A stretch of DNA of 64,000 nucleotides. Origin: Lepidodermella squamata. Taxonomy: Eukaryota; Animalia; Gastrotricha. Both the position numbers and the translations under genes were made by a program. Shown piece after piece: positions 36,185 to 47,683 of the stretch. Position 1 is the stretch's first letter, and every line of letters begins with the position of its first letter. Where the stretch lies: the NCBI GenBank assembly GCA_047495785.1, contig JBLDXI010000001.1, positions 3,782,001 to 3,846,000 of the forward strand. The letters are read 5' to 3'. Below the pieces are notes generated by a model. It made no database searches. It saw only the letters and a list, made by a program, of their open reading frames with translations, and was not told the DNA's origin.

Positions 36185-37637
36185 TCAAGCAGTTCGAATC
36201 GAAGCCAGGAAAGATGCGGATGATTCATCGTCTTCCAACGGTTCCAAAAAGCCGGGTTTCCGCAGCGAGTGCGTATGAAACGGTGATAACCAGCGAAAGT
36301 TCGGCGCAGCCCGGTCGCCAAATGCCTCGGATAACGGGGCAAAGCAACTCGATTTGTCGACCTTACTGCCACTATTGTGGCGCTTTCTCAACGGGGCTTC
36401 CGGGTCGAAATGATTGCTCGAGCCATGCCCGGCTTCGGCGTCAGTTTTTTTAATCGAATCAATTGTCTAAAAATTGGATTGTAAAATTCGAGCAATAAAA
36501 CTTGCTATGAACTTACTGAGGTTTCAGTGCAAAGCGCGTGAATTTGAGTGCCGCACATTATAGCCGTGAAAAGGGCGAAAATAACGCCTTCAAATAGCAT
36601 GAAAATAACGAAGATGATGCCGCCAGACAAGGAAATCATGACGTCGGGGCCTTTCAGGCACATGGGGCTGGATAACCCGGCAGTTATGCCCTCAGCTCGT
36701 TCCGCCGAGGCTGCTTCTTGCTCGAACCGCGCAGCTGCATGTGGGTCGATGTACGCGAAACACGTGAATAAAAACTGAAGAGCTATCACAATGGCGTGAG
36801 CTGACATGAGGCAGATGTACAGCGTGAAGAGTATGAAGAACTTCTGATTCAGCATGCCGACGCAATTATTCACCCAAGGACCTACAAAAAAGATATGTTA
36901 GGATTTCGCTCAGAAATCCAGCAACAGGTCAACTTACAATGATGGTCCATTTTGAAAATGCATCTTTTGCAAATTGAGCAATGATGAGATTTGTCAGGCT
37001 TGATGCATGCACAACGCGGACATTTGTAAACGATGGTAGGGGCCTGTTGAAAATTCGGGTCCGAATTGTTGACTGGTTTTTGTGACGCGTAACCTAGCCG
37101 CCTTAGATTATCCATGGTACAATTGCCAATAGGGATAGCGCCTGGGTCGCTAAGCATTGCCCGCCAATGCGAGAGCAAGGCAAGTGATGCGAAACATTGC
37201 CATATCAGCATGTTTGGCAGTGAGATCGCATGTGATGGAGCGATGACGAACCACATAACGAATTCAGCGTAGCCGATGAGGCCCCAAGTCATGATAGCAC
37301 AGAACAAACCGCAATAGTCTTTAATGAGCCACAATGTTCCGCAGTGAAGTTTGCGAGCCAGCTTCCGGCCGACTAAATACTGCATGAAGTTTCGTGAATC
37401 CATTACTAAAGCGTTGCCGTGGCCAGTAACTTCACTGACAGGCCGTTTATTGCGTGTTGCAGCAACTCTGATCACAGGGCCCTCGTCTTCAGTTTCTGGC
37501 GAGTGGTTTCCGGTATTCTCTGCCCCGCCACTTGGAGATGTGTGAGCAGATGAGGATGGCGACCGCTTCTGTAAGTCAGCAGCGCTTTCGTCGCTTCCAA
37601 ATCCCGACACATTGTAGTCCACGCTGTGATCAGCCAT
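36185..37637 (-). CDS. DHHC palmitoyltransferase, ZDHHC3/7-like
   Basis: [44 protein letters not shown]|[18 protein letters not shown] and MCGTQI. Exons 37637-36937, ~36881-36517, 36466-36185. Confidence 0.93.
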
Positions 37638-38667
37638 CAGCCCTTAACTAGAACGCAGTGAACGCTGTTCCTGTTAGAAGATGAGTTGACTGGCTCAAAT
37701 ACTTGAATAGGATGAACCCTAGATGAACGAATACAGAATACTTATAGAAACCTCCCCAATAAATATATTAGAATTTCTCCTTTCGACTTTCGCACCCATC
37801 TCTGAGTACCTGCTAAGACAGGGCTTGTTTCTCTGATAGGTATTAGGGATGTTGTCCTAGGATACTTGTGATGGACAATTTAACCATTAACCTCCACTTA
37901 GCGGAGGAGAAGCACTCTCATCCTCCTATAAGTTATAAATGGCGGTCTACAATCAATTCACCACAAAAAACACAGAGTAGAGAGCTAACCGGTGCCAGAA
38001 ATAACAACAAGAAATGAGGAATGGGGCGTGGCCAACTGGGGTGTACCAAAGTAAATCGAAATAAAAAGTCCGATTCCACTGACTTCGCGAAAAGATTAGC
38101 CCGGAACCGAAGAAGGTTCGGGTTACGTAATTTTTTATATTATGCGTATGGTCATAACACGGAAATATAATAGCGATTAATCATCAGGAAATGTTTAGGG
38201 TCAGAACTTTTCGCGGTAAGTTTCGAGCTGGCTTCGCATTCTCATTTCCGCCCGCCACGGTTGCGCCGGGTTGCTCAGTCACGACGCGTCCTCTTCAGGA
38301 GTTACGAAAGGGAAGTTGGTTGGGGACATCCCGTTGGGACCACTCCGAGAGGCAAGCTGGTTGTCCCGTAGTGTCCTATAGCATTCGGAATCATCCCGTT
38401 TTTCTCTTGTGAAGAACTGTGTGTCTACGGCTCTTGAGTATTTCGCAATCTCATCTTCATTTTTTAAAATGTTACTCGGGCACGGGGGATGTCCGGGTAA
38501 CCTTCGATAGAATACCTTCGACTTGCAAGTACTAGCTTTTAGAGACGCGATATATCATTTCCTTTCCCTTCAGCTGTCCGCAACAAGGTTTTACATTGGA
38601 GAATGTGGTGTTCACAGTTCTCAAAATCACACATATTTTAATTTGAATTTATTTTGCTAGATTTTAA

Positions 38668-41327
38668 ATGGCAGTGGCCTGGGGCCTCGATTCCATCGCT
38701 CTAGACAAGCGGCCGCTCCTCAATTCTCACCTTCATTATGAGGTAATTCGTCTTTCTAAGTTGAAGTCTCCGCTGTTTTTACGCCACATCTAATTAGGTT
38801 TGTTTGAAATCAGACGGTGTAAACCTTGCTGCCGTTGGAGTAGCTTCGAATTCTAAAGGATTGATTGTGGGCCACCTCAAACCTAGCGAAAATGGGCATC
38901 TCATCGGTTCTATGCGGCATCCAGAACATGAGAAAGCATGGAACAGACTTGGCATCAAGTTACCTGAAATGCCATATGAAGATACATTGCATTCAGATCA
39001 CGAGATAACAGAGAAGGAATTCATAGCTATGGCTGATTATTATCAAAATTGGCAAGCCTTCGTTGTCGAAGCTATCAAGACTGAAGAAGAACGGCTAAAT
39101 AAACTTGCGGAAGATCTGATGGAAGCTGAGAAAGATATGGAGGAGCCTAACCCTCCCGGATTCACACCTCCGTCTTCGCCTCCGCCTTACCGGCGGAATT
39201 ACGGCGATCCATTTTATTCGGATCAATCTTGGCGAAACAGCCATTTTGATTACCACAACATGCATCCGAACAACAATTGGGATGCCGGTCAACAGCCGCA
39301 ATACGCTGCTCAAAATTATCAACATCCTCATGATTTTAATCAGTGGAATTCTAATCAGCAGCCGCCTGATGCTCGTGGAATTGATCCTATGCAAAATTAT
39401 ACTAATTTTAATGCGAACACCTGGTCGAATCTGCAGCCTCAGCCAGCTATTGCCCCTGTCGCTCAATCAGCTGTAGAACTTCTGCTTAAAAATCTCCAAG
39501 CAAACCCCAATGCTTGGCCTCGACCCGATAATCGAATGGCGCAACCGTTCCAGCATGATAACAGGTTTGATCAAAAACAGCAGGCATCGCCTGCTGAGCT
39601 CTTGATGAATAACCTGAGGGCGAATTCGAATTCGAATCCTTGGTCAAATCCCGATAATCGGTTTACTCAACCGTCACACCACGATAATCGGCATGATCAA
39701 CCCTCCTTACCAACCTTGGCGACGCCTTCTCCTGCTGAACTTCTGTTAAATAATCTCAAAGCAATTGGAATTTTGCCGCCGAATTTCAACTCATCCAGCG
39801 GACCGAGTCAGGTTTCACCGTTTAACGATGATGCCGAACCTCCACCTTTGTTTCCGCCTCCTCAACGGGAGAATCCACCCGCAATGGAGTCTTATCAAGG
39901 TGCTCCAGTTCGTTACGATCCTCAGCAACAGGAAAAATCGAATAGGCGTCCCTCGCCGCCAGTTCCGCCTCAACTCATGGGTCTGCTCGAAACTCTTCAG
40001 CGTCAAAACTTACATCAAGGATTCCCTTCAAATCAGTCGTCTCAAAACTACTCACCTTGGCCCGACAGGGGTCAAGATTTAAATGATCGTCCATCCTCGA
40101 CCTATCACAATCGGCTTATCGCCGATGCTATTGCTCAACGTTTCAACCCAACTTTTGGCGCAAATCAAGCTCCACCCGCGCCGCCTAAAATTCCTCTTCC
40201 GTTACAGCTTCCGCCAAGTTTGTTCGAAAATCAGCCTCGAAAGCCGACTTCACCACCAGCTGCACCGTCTAAGCCGCCACCTTCTGCGCCATTCAGAGAA
40301 GTAAATCTGACAGAATATGAGCCGTTGTCCGAGGAAGAAAAGCAATTGATAGTGAGCTATTTTTTTTACCCGAAATTGAGTTCAATTGGCATTTTTGTAG
40401 GCGTTGAATAAGCCGATCAAGGACGTTGCAGCTTTTGTAATCAGAAGGCGCGAAAAAATGCATCTTACACGGATTTGGCAAGATTATTGGAACCGGAAAT
40501 GGGAAGCACCGGAAACTGCCATTCTCGCTAACGAAAAGAACCGATTTTTGGCTAGGTCTCGAAATGCGAAAACCGAAGAAGGCCGTCAACGTGAGAGAGC
40601 GAAGTTCAAAAATTTCCAGCGCGAGTACGAAAAACGTCAAAGGCAAGAACTTTCGAAGTTCAACGGTATGATAGAATTTGAAATATTTGCTCATTTCTTT
40701 CATAATTTGAACCTTTTTGCAGATATGGTGGTCGATGCCGTGGTCACTAGTGGAAAACTAGTTGAGGATATGTTGAATGAGGTGATAACTACGATTGAAG
40801 AGGATCGAGTTCCGCCGATTGAATCGACGCAGAGAAGTCCGGCAAAAATGTCGAAGCGTGAAATAAATGACCGAAATCGCTCGAGAAGGCGGGAAAATAA
40901 ACGAAATCGAAAAGCCGAGGAAAAAGCTTGGCGGCCCGCTACCGACTTTGGCGGCCGGCAAAATGGCCCATCCTCAAATCAGCGGCAAAATGACAAAAAC
41001 AAACCTGGACCGTCGAATTTTGGAAATCGTCAAAATCGCCCCTCATCGTCGAATTCTAACCACGCGGCGAATCTACCGCCGTTATTAGGACGGTCGAACT
41101 CGAATAATTCCAATTTTATGCCAGATCCGAGTCAACTGTTAGCATTTCAGAGCCATTTTTCACCGTTTTCAAGCTTCGACCAGCAGCAACAGCAGAATTT
41201 TGGCAGCAATAATTTTGGCGGGAACAATTTTATGCCGCAAAATTTTCAGAACTTGGATCCTCAGCGTCTTCCGCCTTTGTTGATGAATAACAGCAGCAAC
41301 GTTCCAGGACGTTATCACCGATATTGA
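38668..41327 (+). CDS. Unknown ~830-aa protein with a Pro/Asn/Gln-rich low-complexity core
   Basis: Exons 38668-38742, 38798-40351, 40401-40665 and 40723-41327 splice in frame through canonical 49-57-nt introns. No domain recognised. Confidence 0.75.
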
Positions 41328-41743
41328 TCATTATTAAGATTTGAATTTTTCTTATTTTTTGCAATTGGATCAATCTGCCTCTTCGGTTTCTTCACATTAC
41401 AATTGAATCTTTCTTGAAACTCGCGGTGAATCGAGATAAAATTAGTTTCGTTTTTACATAGCAAAAGTTAGGCTGAAATAAATGATGAATAAATTTTGTT
41501 TATTGTTTTGGAATAATTTTCTGAACTAATAAAATGAAGCAAGCAGCTAAAACACTACCGGTTTTTCGAACATAGTAAAATAACAGCGAAAATTGTAACA
41601 TAACACGCTCACCGAACGTCAACAATACCCCAAAAGGCACAACACAAGAACAACAAATGCCAAAACATAACAATATAGAAAATCATTTGGTCAAAAAACT
41701 AAAAATTCTGACTAAATGCATTCATGGTTTTTTATGGAAATGT

Positions 41744-44296
41744 CTATTTCGGGATATTCGATCTTCCTGAAATTCTACGGCTAGCTCCCCCAGCTAAGTT
41801 ATCGGCTACAGTGGGAAGATTTGCGGATGGGGCCCCAACGGATCGAAGATTCGAGCTCGAGCTGGACATAGTGGTAAGTGACGCCGACATAATTCTTGAA
41901 GCAGCGTCGTTCGGCCTAGCGTTGTTCTCAATCGAACGAATCCGCGTCATTGCAGGATTGCGATTCGTTATGCTGGACCTTGGCAATGACGTCATCGAAG
42001 ACGCAGATGTCAAATTGCTTCCATTCGTTGGGGCAAGCACTATCTTCGCAAAACTCAGCTTTCTTTCATTCGTCAACGGGAAATCGGATGGTGGTGAAGC
42101 TCGATCAACAGTTACCGTTGTTGTAGTGGTAGTTTCTTCCTTACTGCTGGTCGACGATGACATCTGCTCCTCAGCTGTGTAGGTGGTGGTCGTAGACATT
42201 ACGCCTCGATAGCTGTATGCTTGACCATGTCTGCTTAATGGATTTTCTTGCACCAGCATCAATTGAGCGTTTGGGTTAGTCGGAGGTGGGCTTATTGAGC
42301 TAGCTGGTTTCGAAGTTCGTTGCAATAGCTTGTCAACGCTTCCACCGAATCGCTTCTTTTCAGGGATCATAGGCACAAAAGCCTGGGTCGATTCTTGAGT
42401 CTTCGTTGCGTCGAAAATTTGCTGACTACCACTGTGTTGGGTTTTCGTGAGTTGCGATGTCGGCCTGAGGTTCTGGCGCCAAGGCGACAAAGGAATTGAG
42501 TCCGTACTGGCCGTAAGAACTTCGGCGCTTGCAAGCAAAGTGGGTGACACGTCCAAGATTGCCTTGCTCATTTCTCTGTTAACTCGATTCTCAAACTTTG
42601 CCTCTATGCGAATCGGGGGTAAATTTGTATCGTCAATATGGTGATGAAGGCGGCTCAGTGAAGTGCTCGACCCGCCTCGTCCTGAGTCCTGCGATGGTCG
42701 TTTCGTTGCGTTGTTGACAGTCTTGGCTGCAACTGGGGTGGGTATGTAAGTTCTACCGCTGCTACTGCTTGCTTCGCCAGTTGGGATTATCGGGACAACC
42801 GTGGGCCCACTTGAGGTCTCGGAAAAGCGGCGCTTTTCAGGCTCAATACAGTCGAGCTCCTGGTACAAGGGGTCCTGATCGCCGGTGTGAACAACGAATT
42901 GCTCTTGTGATGCTTTAGATGTTAAGGGGGACGAAGTACCTGAAAACAACTTGGGCGCTGGCAGGTGAGATTGGCTGGTAGTTTGATTTGCAGGCAGCGA
43001 TGGAAGGCTGGAATCAGACGTTGGCAAGGTCGAAATTGCTGATTGCTCGGCTTGTGCGGCGAAGAAGCTCTGCCTCATTGCAGCAGTTGACAACTTTCTT
43101 ACAGCAGGAGGTTGGGCTTGCTGAGTCTCATCCAACTGATCTCTTTGCTGCAGCTGCGGGATTCTCGATGGAGCTTTGGTTCCAGTAGCAGTAATACCAA
43201 TCTCAATGGGTGCGTTAGCAGGTGTTGTTTTGATTTCACGCGGAAACGGAGCAGAGTTAGTGCTCAGTGACTTGATTTGACCACCAATCGGCTTTGATTC
43301 CGATTGAGGTGTGACGGGCACGTTGATCGATCCCACGGACTCCTTCCTACGCTCAGCAAGTTTCGAAAGAGAATCGCTTTGAGTTATCGGTACACTTATT
43401 GGAGCTTTCTTTGTTGGTGGAGAGGGTGTCGCCTCTTCCGGAATTCGGCTAATCGGTACCGAAAAAGTATCCTCGCTCCTCATGCTCGACTTACGGCCTT
43501 CGTCAATTGATGTTCGAGTTTTAGAATACTCAGATGTTATACTCTGAAATTGTGGTAAATTTTATGAGCGGATATTTAAATGCTTTATTTTACAGATCGG
43601 CTGATAATTTCCTTTGGCGGTAGCTTGAAACTCAATTTACGCGGCATGTAGGATGACTGCTGGCCATCTTCCACACTCTGTTGCTTCTGGTTCTCGGATT
43701 CCTCGTCATCGACTGCGACGTAGCCTTTGATTCGTCGAACAAATTCAACGTAGTTGAACCCACGGTGGTCCACAAGCTGCGGTGAACTGTACAACTCGTC
43801 AACCATTTCCTGAGTCCAGCGGTTGCAGAATGATGTCAAAAGGTGGCGTAGTCGATCTTCGCTAACGAAACCAGTTTCTTGCTCGTCAAACATGCGGAAT
43901 GCATTAAGAAGCACCTTTCCTGGGTCGGTGCTCTGTAGGCGCTCGCTAAACATGGTCAGGAACATGGTAAAGTTAACGGGGCCCGCTGCATCACTCAACA
44001 TTTTTGCGACTTCATCGTCAGTCACATGCTGAGCCCCAAGTGAAGTCATCATATCAATCAAATCATCGTGATCGATAAATCCATCGTGATTCTACAAAGT
44101 AAAATGATTACAGTATTTTTATGGGATGAAACCTCCTGAGAATTACCTGATCAATCATATTGAAAGCCTCCTTAAACTCCTGAATCTCTTGCTGCGTAAA
44201 GGCTGAAAAAATGTTCGACGTAGTGCGGCCACGTCTCTCATTTCTCGATGCCTGGGCCGCTTTTTTACGTCGCTCGCTTACAGCTCGATCAGACAT
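41744..44296 (-). CDS. Myosin regulatory light chain with optional long Ser/Thr/Pro-rich extension (or MRLC followed by a separate downstream gene)
   Basis: RTTSNIFSAFTQQEIQEFKEAFNMIDQ|NHDGFIDHDDL, GPVNFTMFLTMF and FNYVEF. Exons 44296-44147 and 44091-43594; a 50-nt GT-AG intron joins in frame to 43543-41744. Confidence 0.85.
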
Positions 44297-46563
44297 GTTT
44301 AACAAGCTCTAAATTTCTGGATTAAAAGATGAAAAATTAAAATACACCAGGTCTATGCGAAAACGCACTGGAATCAGGCCTTGGCTTCATGCCTCCACTG
44401 TCGACAGAAGCACTACATAAGGATCGGGCTACATATTGTGTGAAAAGATCGACGAGTTTTGGACTGAATCGGGAATTACATGAGTGAACTCTTCACACGT
44501 TTCAAGCTCATGATGTGGCGCTGTTATTCAGGCTGATCATTCGTATTAAACTAACGCTCATAATCATAGGCGTGTTTCGGATGATGATATTGTACCGCGG
44601 AGTCGGAAAATTAACATACAGCTACCAAATTTAGCCGGTATGAAGTAATATTATTTTGTATTTGTTTCATCATCATTAAACCGATTATAACGCTGGTTAA
44701 ATCGTTTGGTAGTAATACCACTGCATAAACGTGCAATGCGCAATTGATACACATTACCAGTGTTATGATGCGAAAGCCAACGGCTCATTTGTTTAATCAC
44801 AGCGAATGATAAGCGAACGCGTGAATTTCGGTAAACAATGGGAAATATTCGAACACTCCATCACGTCATATCATGTTTCTGATTGCTTAACTTCCTGATC
44901 TCGGAAGTTCTTGTTTCTCAGGTAAAAAATCCTTAACTAGGTAGCAAGACTTAACTAGGTGGCGAGCGCTACTTGATTTGAAATGGATTAGAAGCCCACA
45001 ATCGATTTTTCAATTCCGACTTTTAGGGCATTTAGGAAAATTTACTTCGGTGAACTGGATTTCAGACTGTTACATTCAGGGGGAAATTTCGGGTGTAACT
45101 CATTTTCAGTAAAAAATTAGGATTATGCTGAAATCTCGTTACCGACGCGGTATAACTAGAAACTAAACTTTCCAGTGCTCCAAAAGAATGCAATGGTTGT
45201 GACAAGTACCCAATAAAAAATGACCCCGTATATGAAAACTTTATGCCGCGACTTAAGTGATCTGGAATAGAACCTAGTAGGTGTTTTACGCTGAAGGAAG
45301 GCGTCGCAAATTAAACTGGCGACTGTTGAAGCAATGCCAATCTATGTCAATTGTCAATGATATCGCTGTGCCAGCATAAATAAAGACAAGGAACTCGTCG
45401 TCTCTGAAAATGCATTTCTAATTCGCCTAAAATTCGCCAATGATTAGCAAATAAGAAACCTTAACGCCGAACAAAAAAAAGATTTATTGCTGATAGAATT
45501 GCCGAAAATTGCTCATCTAATTGGGCCTTATATAGATGAATTAAGCTTAGGCAAAGCCTCGCAAAGCTTCCAAGGATTTCTCGGTTTTTGCAGAGTGAAA
45601 ATCGGCGTAATCCCTTGTTTGATGTTACTATAATTATCAACGCTGAAGGCTGTTTTGCAGGAAAATATAGTCTGATGACCTTGTAAAGAGGTCGAGTTAA
45701 CCAAGGCTTTTAAAAAAAAGCTGTCAAAAGTATTATTTCTTGCTGTCAACCAGCACCGGATCATCCATTTGGCAAGTGCTAGTGTCAACCGTGCGACCCT
45801 CTGACTTCAATTATTCGCCAGTTTAGCTATAAATGGTCAGGCCCGATGGCTAGATTGGAGCTGCATTTAGAGGCCGCATATGACAAGCCCTGCATTTTTC
45901 TGCCTTGTACCGTTCGAATGAACAAATACGATCCTGGTCACATTCAGTTTCAGTGAAGTGAAGTTCACGGTACAAATTAGCATGCGGTTAGACCTTGTGC
46001 GAAAATCGTTGAAACGTTTCAATTATAAAATTTCAATTAATTTTTTAATTGAAAAATATATATTGAAATTTATAAAAGTTTCTCACATGAGTCACGCGCT
46101 AACAAAAAAGCTGGCGGGCGCGAACCTTTGGGTGTTTTTTGCCCTTTCTGTGCTGGCTGGAATGCCAGGTTGAGTTGAGTGTGTGTACGCTATATATGCG
46201 TTATACGTTATCCGTGGTTATCCGAATTTCATACGTGAGTACTATGCATGTGTTTAGTTTGTAGTTCATTCTGTATGTCGGGTTGCCGATTGATCCATAT
46301 TTCTCGCTCTAACCTTTTTATAGTCTGTTTTTTACCTCGTATTTATCCCCTCTTTTTGCCAATGGGTGTTGAATGGTGAATGGTTGATAGATATAATAGA
46401 TCTTATGTTTGCTTTTTGTATTTTTGCTTAGTTTTGCATATGTGTTGTTGCGCTCTTAGGAATCCATCCTATTTCCTGGAACGTCTCTATCAATATACTC
46501 TGCATTTAGGTTTTATTTATTACTTTGATTTTTTATCCGATCTGATTACACTGCCATAATATT

Positions 46564-47076
46564 ATGACTCACTCAGTAATTGTTTGGGGTGACCAACAGT
46601 TACTGGAAGCATATAAAGCTATTCGCAGCTTGTCCCACTACAACGCCCGTTTTCACAGCAATCGGGCGACTCGTGAAGAATACACGGCTTTTTACGGCAT
46701 TTTATCAAAACTTGTTTCACTGCTGAACTATACAACCCGTGTTGGCCCTCTTCAGAAGTGCCACGCTAAAGACCAAAAGTCCAGATTTCGCTCCCTGGAC
46801 GCGGCCGGAATTCAGAACGACGACCTAGCAAGACAATGGTTGGCTGTCAGAGGATTGACTCTCAAAGACGAAGGCTCGCCAGATGTGAACATGCTTGACC
46901 TTGCTCACGCCCTTATGAATTCTGACAAAGTTCCTGTACTGACCGTCTCATTTTACGGACCGGAAGGTACTCGCGATTTCAGCATCGGAGAGCATCGTTT
47001 TCTTCTGAAAAAACTTCTTATACCGCTGTATAACGAAACGCTGCGTTGGTGGCGAGTTTTCAAGGGCCTTCTCTGA
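46564..47076 (+). CDS. Intronless 170-aa orphan ORF
   Basis: ATG-initiated ORF with globular-like composition between AT-rich flanks. No family recognised. Confidence 0.45.
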   Translation: MTHSVIVWGDQQLLEAYKAIRSLSHYNARFHSNRATREEYTAFYGILSKLVSLLNYTTRVGPLQKCHAKDQKSRFRSLDAAGIQNDDLARQWLAVRGLTLKDEGSPDVNMLDLAHALMNSDKVPVLTVSFYGPEGTRDFSIGEHRFLLKKLLIPLYNETLRWWRVFKGLL

Positions 47077-47683
47077 AACAATCTATTGTTGTTAACATGA
47101 AATTTTTGTTGTAAATTTAATTTATCCATTTGAAAGGGCTGAGATCAAACGTCGCGTTCGATGAGAACAAATTCTTGCGTTCACCCCGGTTTCATGGTTT
47201 CATCGTTCATCGGTGGTCAGTTCCATGAAACTACCACGTACGAGACATTATAAATCTATATTTATAAATGCGTATATTTTATCATGATGATGCTTCATAA
47301 TGCGTAAAGCACAATCTTCATTCGCGGTATTATATTGGAAGAAAAAGGCCTGCATATTATTGTTATTATTTATTGTTTATAGTTTAGCAAATTTTAGTCA
47401 GATCTTCTTCTACTTCACTCGTGTGCACATCAACCAAAAATGAACCTTATTTATTGCTATGACATGGCAGCTGGAAAAGAATGGGCAATTCTAATAATCA
47501 AATCTGACCGCCGACCTTTCGGAAAATGAAGTTTCTTTTTCAACTTCATTTTCTACGACTTTCGAGCCCTGTTTTTCAAATGCGTGAAAGAACAAGAATA
47601 ATATATTTTATTTTGTTTACAGAAAAAAATGAGAATTGAGGTTTTATTCATGTCTTTGTCTATTTTTAGATTTTACTTGAAAA

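Noticed and set aside
37851-37865. GTTGTCCTAGGATAC, similar to an RFX X-box, upstream of ZDHHC
   Set aside because: Imperfect single match, and no comparable X-box was seen before the ciliary genes DRC5 or BBIP1.
41724-42182. 152-aa plus-strand ORF, and similar antisense ORFs over ACSM, TRPM, SERINC and GPCR exons
   Set aside because: They overlap well-supported genes on the opposite strand or in another frame and have no independent motifs.
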